Shown in pieces: positions 51,343 through 60,723 of a DNA stretch of 64,000 nucleotides. Source of the stretch: Yuukianura sp. NJ FZ-2021 (taxonomy: Eukaryota); assembly GCA_046563655.1 (NCBI GenBank), contig CM102286.1:14570001-14634000 (forward strand). Direction: 5' to 3'. The notes under the pieces were generated by a model. It searched no databases, was not told where the DNA came from, and saw only the letters and a program-made list of their open reading frames with translations. Made by a program: the position numbers and the translations under genes. Position 1 is the stretch's first letter; each line of letters starts with the position of its first letter.

Positions 51343-54300
51343 ATGGCTTTTAATTATAAATGTGGTCAGGTGAGATTCATCTAAACAAAAATTGAAAAAA
51401 ATTTCAAAATTTTGACTGATTTTTTTGTTATTTTTTAGTTTGACGATGCTTTTTTGGCCAAGCGACTTGGGAATTGGACTGACCATAGTCGTCCTGCTCG
51501 ACGCTTGCGTACTCGTCGTGGAGTCTATGTTCATCGCAGACGTCAATGCAACCCTAACGACTTTATTGCCAATGACAGTGGACATCTTGTGCCAGAAGTC
51601 AAGGCCAAAGTTTGCAAAAAAGCGAATCACTGGGGATATCCTGTCGTCAGTGTCTGGGATGATCTTTTTCAATGCTGCGATGGACACTCTCAGAAAATGG
51701 AGTGTTCCAAGGAAACTAACCTGTCCATGGGAGGTAAGCTTAACCACGAAATCTAAAATTTTGAATTTGATTTTTGAATTTTCAAAATTTTAGATATGCC
51801 CCACTTTTTTCGATGTCGGAGTCCACTAGCTCAAGTTGCCAATTCCGGTACCTCCATTTTAGACGACTGTAATTTGAAATACGCCCTTGAATTGGAATAC
51901 CGCGTAAGAAAAATTACTTTTCCTCAAAACTTTTTCCAAGTTTTTCATAATTTTTGAAAGTTTTTCATAATTTTTTGAAATTTCAGCGTCTGGTAGAACG
52001 AAGTCCACCAGTTGTTTGGATTTACGGCTACCATCAAAAGAGAATTGAGGATCAGCGATTACGCTTCACTGGAATTCTGGCTAAAAAGCTTGGTTTTGTG
52101 TACATCAATCCCGAACGAGTGCTGGTTGCCCTCGCCATGCGCTACTTGAACTACCGGCCTCGGAAAAACAGGAAAGCCTGGAGCTGGAGCAAAGAAGGAA
52201 ATACTGGCGGTTCGTTCAGCATTTTCATGGACCTTCCAGCGTCACTTGGAAAGTGTCCGCCCAGTATCCAGAGGATTGTGGCTCTCCTCCAGAATATTGC
52301 CTGTAATAACTCCACGGAGGCATTCAACACAAGAGGAATTCTGGAAGTAGTCAAACTCCTGCTCATCACTTTTCCAAATGCCAAGGGATACATTCTGGAC
52401 GGGTTTCCGGGTAAAATCGCTGATTTTGTCATGATTAAATTATGATAGACTATCTTTTATACCAGGAATTCATTAATTTATATCCAAGTTTCATTTTTTT
52501 AGTTTCGCTGGCCGAAGGAGATGAATTTGAGAAAGACTTTTGGCCAATCGCTGCCGGAATTTACTTTACGGCACGGCAATGGAATGAGAAGAGTCGCTGC
52601 GCACCGACCGTGATTCAACCAAGTCTGTTTCTGCGTAGTCATGACTACAAAGAATCGCTGGTCCAGCAAGCTGCCGACCAATTTGGCGACTCCTGTCTCC
52701 AAGTGAACGAAACTGAATGCTTGAATGACCGTGACTTTCTGTACATCCTTTGTGTAGTGAAGAATCTGATAAGGAAGTATACTGCTGGAATGCACCAAGA
52801 AGAGCTGGAATTCGACGAGTCATGTGACATCGAACCGAGGAAAGAACCTAGGAAACCTAGGATTTGCCACTGTGCAGAGACATCCACACCTAGTTCACTT
52901 GAATCCAGTTCTTCAAATACTCCACTCCAATTGGACACTCCAGAACAGCCACTGGAGGAGGAAGTAGAGGAGGAGGTGGAGGAAGAAGAAGAAGAGGAGG
53001 AGGAGGAGGAGGAGCCTCCGATAGCAATGATTCCGGATGATGAGGATGAGACTGTCCAAATAGACGAGGATTTAGAGAGATTGATAATTGAGGAAATCGA
53101 ACCGCCAAAACCGGACAAACCGAGAGCGAAACCTGAATATGTTGAGTTTTTCCGGTTTGAACCGGAATTGTACTCTCATGATATACCGGATTCAGCTGGA
53201 GTGGAAACAGAATTCAGTAGTGCTCTCCGCAACAACTACGTTGCTGATCTTTTGAAGAGGGCACAGGTCAGAAAGTTCAAAATTATGAAGTTTAGTAGAT
53301 TTGTTCCAACAATTTTGCAAACGTTTTCAAATCTTTTCAGACAAGGAAAGACGAGAATCCATTGATGGGTACCGACTTGATATTGGATCCGGCAAAACCG
53401 GAAATTCCGCGACCACAGCACGACAACACTTTGTTTGCCGAAAACAAAGATATCGACAAAGGTGACGTTTATCTAGACGAGGCTGCTTACGTCAGAAGAG
53501 TACTCAAACAGGAACAGGAAAAAATGGCCAAGGATTTGGCCGATCGGGAGTATCGCAGGAGACTATCTCACACCACCTATCGAACTGAACCAGCTGACCA
53601 TCCTAAGGTAAGCTTAGGATAAAACTAAGCTTGAGATAAAACTACACCATAAGTTAAGGATAAAGGTTATCTTAAGATAGCCTTCAGATAAGGCAATCTT
53701 AAATAGCCTTAAAATATGGCTACCTTACGATGTCCTTAAGATAAGGGTATCTTAAGATAAAACCTTAAGATAGCCTTAGGATAATCAAAGATTAAGTAAT
53801 TGCACAAATTCAAATGACTATTTTGATTTTTAGAGTATCCATACTCTCTTTCCACCCGAGAAACGCATGTTCCAAGAAGAGACCGATTTCTCTTATCTCA
53901 AACCGAGACAAGGAGAGGATAAAGTTCGATACGAAGATCAACTCAAAGACGTTTTTCATCCCGAAGAGAAAGAAATTGCACTGGAAGATGCCGATATCAA
54001 GAAGACTTACGTTCCAAACGCAGAGTGGTTCGACAAGCATCCACAGATGCTCAAATACGAAAGGACCAAGAAGGGATTCGATCTACGGAAACTCAAACAG
54101 AAAAAGAAGAAACCGTTGTTTGATAAGGTCAGGGGCAAGTGGGCGAAACTTCGGAAGTACTTGAAACCAACTCCACGTCCGAAAGCAGCCGAAGCAGTTA
54201 ATGCTTCGGACAAGTTGAGTGGATTCGCCAAACACCATTTCTATGATGATAGCCACACGGCTGCCAGGAAATCGCTGGACCAAGGTCTCCAAAACCTTGC

Positions 54301-54421
54301 GCCGTTGTCGTGGCCACAGCCACGGTTTTCTGTTCGACGTTCCGAGATGCATGGGAATGCAGACGACAAAAGAGAGTCTGTCAAACCGCAGCTACTGCCG
54401 GAAGAATTCCGATACGACTGA
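51343..54421 (+). CDS. Uncharacterised protein with a degenerate adenylate-kinase-like domain, poly-Glu tract and basic C-terminus (7 exons)
   Basis: Phase-consistent exons 51343-51369, 51439-51733, 51793-51903, 51988-52410, 52503-53266, 53341-53607, 53834-54421. PPVVWIYG...LAKKLGFVYI...AKGYILDGFPVSLAEGDEFE resembles the AK/NMP-kinase core. Confidence 0.6.
53625..53785. repeat. Palindromic CTTAAG-centred repeat in an intron
   Basis: ggttatcttaagatagcc, gggtatcttaagataaaacc and ccttaagatagcc units. Confidence 0.55.
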
Positions 54422-54680
54422 CGATATTTTTCGTTTCAAAATTTTTGTGAATTTTTTAATTCTTTTTTCGTTTTTTATTTCAAATACACTAATTGTTAAA
54501 ATTCATGTTTAATTAAAACTGCGAATTTTTTGCCCATCTCTGCACGTCGGGTGCCAGTGTTCACCAAAGCAACTTTTTGTCGAACTTCCCGCTCAGCTGA
54601 GCGATATAATTTTGTCTTGCATTTTTTGATTTGTTATTAATTTAATTAATCGATTAGTTAAGTTGGATCTTGTCTGTAGC

Positions 54681-56038
54681 ATGCATATTAACCCTGCAAT
54701 TCTCGATTACTACACGGATATTCCCTGTCATGAGTTTAGTCCATCAGATTCCGGAGGATCTTCCGGAACCGGTACGCGCATGGCCATTGGAACAAACTTT
54801 GGAGACGTTTACTTGATAGGGTGAGAAAAATTAGTCTATTGGATTGATTATTGATTACTCAAATGCTTATTTTCTTTGGATTTTTTAGGAACGATGACAG
54901 TGACAACTCTGACGCAGACTTTGGAATGGACACTGATACGGCAGCAGTTGAAACTGAATTCTCACCGGCTTGTCTCTGGCAGACATCTTTGCCTGGCAGA
55001 CAAGAGGAACCGATTGTCAGCTTATCGTGGGACACTCAAGATAGATTGTTCTTGCTATCAAATAAATTCTTGTATTTGATGGGAGAGGAGGATCTTCTTA
55101 AAGGCCAAACACCGAAGAGGATTTATGGACCACTGCCGGATTCAAACGATTTCATGCACTTTGCCATCTTGTTCAATTCTAGCGATGTATGTCTTGTCAG
55201 TGACGATTGGAAAACGAGAATAGTTGACCTGGAGACACAAAAGACCAAGGTCGACATTCAGGGACATCGAGGGATACCCCAAGTTTGTAAAGCCACGTAA
55301 GAAACCTGTCATCTGGATTAACTCGACATCAATTAACTCAACTCATCTGGATTGGTTTTTAACGTTCTTTTTGCATCCAAGGTCTGAGTATGTCGCAACT
55401 GGTGGCCTGGATGGCTTTGTTCATTTGTATGATCCACAGTTTAGAACGAACAAGAGTGTATGTACGTTCGGAGACTCCAGAAATTCCGTACGTCATGGAG
55501 ACAGGTTCAAAAAATGTAAGCGTCAAATCGTCTGAATAACGTTTGTGTCAACTTCTAGATAAATAACATGGACATCAGTAGAAATTCAAGCTGGCTGGCT
55601 GTAAGTGGAGTCGAATCGTCCGAATTCCCGACTGTGTACAACATTCGGTCTGGTAAAGAAGTTCCTTTTACTCCGTCTGCAACGAAAACTTCAGAGACAG
55701 AACGTATGACTGAAAAACTAAACCATTTATCATGCTTAATTCAATTACTTTCTACTTTTTCAGAGATATCCGCAGTTCACTTTGACTCGAAAGACACTCT
55801 GTACTGGGGCGGAAGTTGCGGCAGTGTTTTTAAGAGCGATGACCTTTTGATTTCCCATTCGGAACTAAAAGCAACTTATGGACTCGGAAGTATCCCACAA
55901 ATCCTGTCTATTCATACAAGAGACTTGGATTCAGGAGGGACACAGTTAAGTGTGGCTGGAGCCACGAATGCAGTACTTTTCTCCAGTCGTGGTCTCTATT
56001 GGGATTCCATGATTCACCTTCAGCCAAAGATTGGATAA
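54681..56038 (+). CDS. THOC6: WD40 protein, THO complex subunit 6-like
   Basis: MAIGTNFGDV, DLET....IQGH, VATGGLDGFVHLYD, SSWLAVSG...YNIRS and a terminal VAG segment. The order of these motifs recalls THOC6. Confidence 0.55.
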
Positions 56039-56348
56039 ATCGTATCCAGCATTTTTTCAGAATGCTTCGGAAGTATCCTTTCCAGCTGCTGGTCGGTCAC
56101 GTTGTTACCAACCACCGTGATTTCGATACGAATTGGTCCAAGTGACTTTGACCAATTCGTATTTTTGGCCGTTCTCGCTCAAACTGACTAATAATCCGCA
56201 TTTTGTATTTTAATGTACATACAAATGATATGGAATACAGATTTAGTTGTAATTGTAAACTAATTCACGTCATGATTTCTTAAACTTTAAAAATTAGTGC
56301 TAACTGTTATTCATCTTTAAAAATTAACTGATTAATCGACTAATTTAA

Positions 56349-57443
56349 TTAAATGATTGTGACGTTCCGCTGACAGCATTGAGAAGGCGGAACTGCCCAG
56401 TTGTACTCATAGCCACTGCGTTTCCTCCACTCTTCAGTACATAGGTGACCTTTTGACCTGAGGTTGGTGTACTTTTCAGCCATCTCAACTTCCTTGACTT
56501 TGTGTTGGATCAAATAGCGATTACTGCATCCTCTCGACTCCCATTCTGTGTCAAATCGCTCGTCATGCCTAGAACAACAAAAATTTAACATTTGACAAAC
56601 TTGTCTTTTTAGAAAAGAGAAAACGTTTTTCAAACGAACTTACTTTCGTTGCGTCGAGATTCCGGACAGCCAAGTGCCCACACTGACGTCTTCGTTGACA
56701 TAAGCTTTCAGTAAATGGTGATTGTTTCGGATAAAGTCTGCGCATGTTTTGGAAATAACGTAGCCACCTCCAAGGGCATACGGAAGGTAGTGGTCACACA
56801 GAACATAAGGATCCTCTTGCTTCCACTTTCCTCTGGATTGGATTGGAGCCCTTCCATCGAAGTACCCCCAGTAGAAACAGGATTTCTTCTTCGAAGAGCT
56901 CTCGATTTCACGTTCCCGTGCTTCAAGTTCGGCAACTATCCTGTCCAGACGGACAAAGGAGTCGTCGTCACACTTGAGAAGATACAACGAAGGGAAGTTC
57001 TTGCTTAGGAGACTTATTCCTTGGTTGACTTTTAGCGTAAGGTTGTGATAAGAATCTTCAAGGTCATTGAGTAATAACAGATCCTCTTCCCTTTCAGCTT
57101 CTTCTTCCAACTTATGACGACTATCGGCTGACAGTCCTGCTTTCCCAATGATAAAGAAGTGCTTGACACGAGTTGACGATGGAGACAGTCTGAGCCATGT
57201 GGAACGAACCATCGTTCGGAGCTTAGTATTGGCTGGTGCTGAAACGATAAGGACCGTTAGGAATAACAATGCTTCGGGGTCATTGGGAATACTGATATGC
57301 ATGTCAGTGTCCATGAGATCCTTCTCGGCTTGAAGTTGATGAAAAAGTGTCAGCCAAGAACCCATGCTGAATCCACCGACGAAACATAGGAAAGAGCTTA
57401 ACGGTAGCCTTCCGCGAGTGAGGAAGAGGTCACCGAAGTACAT
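56349..57443 (-). CDS. B3GALT6: Beta-1,3-galactosyltransferase 6 (GT31), 2 coding exons
   Basis: LLKCDDDSFV, YWGYFDGRA, LCDHYLPYALGGGYVIS, EDVSVGTWL, HDERFDTEWESRGCSN, YNWAVPPSQCC. Confidence 0.92.
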
Positions 57444-57954
57444 CGCGGACACTTCTAGGAAGATCACCAACAGTTAATCTTTACTCAGCTACTTCGTCGC
57501 TTAGCAACAGAATCCGAGAAACGTCCTGCAAATCAATAACAAAAAATTAGCACGTTTTCCAGTTACTAATTAACAAAGTCAATCGATCGCAAAGCTTACC
57601 TCTTCGCAAGTAGACCGTTCCAATGGTTCAGTATAAGTGAAACTCCACCAATTTTCATAGTTTAATTAATTACCGGTGTAGTTAATTAAATTCTAACTTG
57701 AGTTTCTTTCTTTCAACTTTCCAGTTCAACAAAATCAACAAAAACAAAATTTGCATCTCTTTCCCGCGCTTTCTCTTAACGCTTGGGGCACCTTGAGATT
57801 AGAGTGTGAAAAAGTGAGAAATAGGAAAGAGAGAAAACTACAACTTCAATTCATTAATTGTCGCTAAGTAGAAGTTTAATTAATTGCAATAAAACAGTTG
57901 CTGGTACACTGGTACATTTTTTAGTGATATAAAAAATTTCCAAATAAAAAAAGA

Positions 57955-58074
57955 ATGCCAAGAGCACCCGGGGTTCCCAGGCGGTCACCCATCCAAGTAC
58001 TAACCGGGCCCGACGTTGCTTAACTTCAGTGATCGGACGAGAACTGGTGCTTTCAACGTGGTATGGACCTTGGC
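57955..58074 (-). rRNA. 5S: 5S ribosomal RNA, single dispersed copy
   Basis: Reverse complement GCCAAGGTCCATACCACGTTGAAAGCACC...GTACTTGGATGGGTGACCGCCTGGGAAC...CTTGGCAT is 120 nt long and is followed by an oligo-T Pol III terminator. Confidence 0.97.
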
Positions 58075-58394
58075 GAAGGCAAGCACAAAGTTTACTACTT
58101 TTCTCATTCCTCGAATTCCACAATATCCTGTTTGTTGTTGATCAAGTTATGTTAATAAACTAATGTAAACAACATTAGCTCATTTGTTACAGGTCAAACG
58201 CCTCTGTGTTCAAGGTCACCTTCCATTCTCTCTCTCACATCAGATAAACACAGATGCAATTTGTCATTAAGTTATGCCAACAACAGGGTTAGTTTAGCTC
58301 CATTGTTATTTTTTTAGAAGAATTAACACACTTGCCAAAATTTTCACGGAAGTTAGCCAAAACATTTGCAAAATTTGCACGGAAGTCAGCGATC

Positions 58395-59942
58395 ATGATT
58401 TTGTCTCGCTTGCTTCGCAACAATTCGAATCAACTGTGCAAGTTTTCAACGGTTTTTGTCCGAACCAAATCAGCTGATGGCGATTCCGAAGAAATTTTTG
58501 CCGGGGCTAAACCGTACTCCGAAGTTCCGAAACCCAGAGGACTACCGTTTCTCGGTACCGTACCGTTCTACATTTTGAACGGTGGCGGGAAGTACTTGCA
58601 CGACTACGTTCTCCGTCGACACCAACAACTCGGACCAATTTACCGTGAAAAGTACAGTACAGAACCCTTTGAAGTTTTGTTCATCGGAGATGTAGAGGGC
58701 GCCAGAGATGTGTATCGCAACGAAGGCAAAACGCCTCTCTCGTTTGTGATTGGCGGAGAAAAACTTTTTATGAAAGTGAGTGGCGTAAAGCGTGGACTTT
58801 TGTTTTCTCAAGGTCAAGAGTGGCTTCAATTACGGCGACCAATGAATCATCTTCTGCTCAAGCGCAAAGACTACTTTGATAACTTTGACCTCACTAAGCA
58901 GGTCATCGAACAACACTTACAGAAATGGGCAAATGGCTCTCAGGTCAAGGTCAATGACCTCGGGGTCAAAGTAAACGAAATCGGCGTTTGCACTTTTGGA
59001 GCATTTGCGTTTGGCGGGACTTTTGAATCTCATCGCGTCGAAATTGAATCTGACGCCAATGGATTTTATCAGCTGACGAAAGACTACTGGGAAGGCAACA
59101 TGGCCATGCAAATTATCCCGCCAAAGTGGGCCCACTATTTGAAATTACCGCTTTGGTCAAAATTTGAAACCGCCATTTTCAAAATGCTGGCAATTGGAAA
59201 TCGCTGGACGGAATTGGCTCAACGGGATTTGGAAAATTTGGAAGCCTTCAACAAAGGATTTTTGCATATCATGCTGGAAGAATACAACGATCGTGAAAAA
59301 GAATCGGCGCGCAGAGTTTTTGCCGATTTCATCGCAGCTCTAGAAAGTGAAACGACCATGATTCAGTGGATTCTGTACGTCATGGGCCGAAATCCTCAAG
59401 TACAGGAAAAACTTTTTGAAGAACTTGAGGTCACAGGTCAAGGTCAAAGGTCATTGACCTGGAAAGACACCCAACGACTTCCATATCTCAACGCTTGTGT
59501 CAAAGAGGCTCTTCGGATGTTTCCGTCCAATTGTTTCACGGTTCGGATTTTACCGGAAGATTGTTTGGTCAAAGGCTACCGAATTCCTGGCGGAACAATT
59601 GCCGCTGTGGCGCTGATGTCGGTTCAGCGTGACCCCGATATTTTTCCGGATCCGGATAAATTTTGGCCGGAACGTTGGATCCGGTCTACCGACACTGTGG
59701 ACACTTTGGGTTCGGAAGTCGGTAAGCCTCTGGGTGTCCACGGATGTCAACCGTACTTGCCCTTTGCCTGGGGCTCTTCCCGTGGATGCATCTTTCGGCA
59801 AATATCGGTTCGGCGCATGACTCTATTTTTAGCAACTATTGTTAAATTGTATTCTTTTACGACACAAGAAGTTAAGCCGGTCATGAGGTCACTCATGATT
59901 CCTGACAGGGACATCGGATTGACCCTCCAGAAAAGAAACTAA
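58395..59942 (+). CDS. Mitochondrial-clan cytochrome P450, CYP315/shadow-like, intronless
   Basis: Presequence, PKPRGLPFLG, LHDYVLRRHQQLGPIYRE (CYP315-like), GQEW..LR, EALR, PERW and the heme Cys in PFAWGSSRGCIFR. Confidence 0.8.
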   Translation: MILSRLLRNNSNQLCKFSTVFVRTKSADGDSEEIFAGAKPYSEVPKPRGLPFLGTVPFYILNGGGKYLHDYVLRRHQQLGPIYREKYSTEPFEVLFIGDVEGARDVYRNEGKTPLSFVIGGEKLFMKVSGVKRGLLFSQGQEWLQLRRPMNHLLLKRKDYFDNFDLTKQVIEQHLQKWANGSQVKVNDLGVKVNEIGVCTFGAFAFGGTFESHRVEIESDANGFYQLTKDYWEGNMAMQIIPPKWAHYLKLPLWSKFETAIFKMLAIGNRWTELAQRDLENLEAFNKGFLHIMLEEYNDREKESARRVFADFIAALESETTMIQWILYVMGRNPQVQEKLFEELEVTGQGQRSLTWKDTQRLPYLNACVKEALRMFPSNCFTVRILPEDCLVKGYRIPGGTIAAVALMSVQRDPDIFPDPDKFWPERWIRSTDTVDTLGSEVGKPLGVHGCQPYLPFAWGSSRGCIFRQISVRRMTLFLATIVKLYSFTTQEVKPVMRSLMIPDRDIGLTLQKRN

Positions 59943-60723
59943 ACTAACCTTGAACTAAAAAAAAGTAACCTAATCGAAATTTTTATTGAATGAAAATTTT
60001 ATTGATCTGTTCCAAGTATTTTCTTAGAAATTTTGCTATAAGTATTTTCGGAAAAATTGTTATTATTTTCTTTTGGTAGGTATTTTCTAAGAAATTTTGC
60101 TATAAGAATTTTCGGAAAAATTGTTATAAGTATTTTCGAATTTTTGTTTCTGTATCGTACATCTGTTATTTAAAAATTCTGGTTTTTGTTTGTGGTTGTG
60201 TTGAAATTGTAAATAAAAATTGGGACTTTGAAACAAAATATTTTGAAAAAACTAAGTTTAGAAACGCAATTCGGAGTATCGTGAGTCATCGACCATTCAG
60301 TTATCGTGTTCAAACAACAGAATTTGATCCTTCGTGAACTAGATTCTGAAATGGCCTTTCTGGATTCGGATGCTTAGCAAGCATTTTTCTTGTTCTTAGA
60401 TCTCCCCCTATGTTATTCTTATCTTCCTTGTCAACACTTAAATTTTAAGCAATTACTCCCCTTTGTTCCTCAAATTTCACTAACATCAGCATTTACACCC
60501 TCCTCCACCCCTGTCTTCAAGAAACTTCGTTGTTTCAATTTTTCAAACAAGAATTTAGCCACAGTCGACTTTTTTCAGTACAAGGAACAGCTACAAAAAA
60601 TAAAAACTTTTCCAAATCCAAAAATTCCGTTAAAAATATAGTTTGGAAAAAACACAGTTGAAACTGTTGGAAAAATAAACTGGAAAGTGAGTGTAGAAAC
60701 GGCGGGAAAAATTGAAAATCAAG

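Noticed and set aside
51425..51793. Alternative hydrophobic 122-aa ORF overlapping exon 2 of the AK-like gene
   Set aside because: It has no ATG start of its own at 51425, and only the other frame is phase-compatible with both flanking exons.
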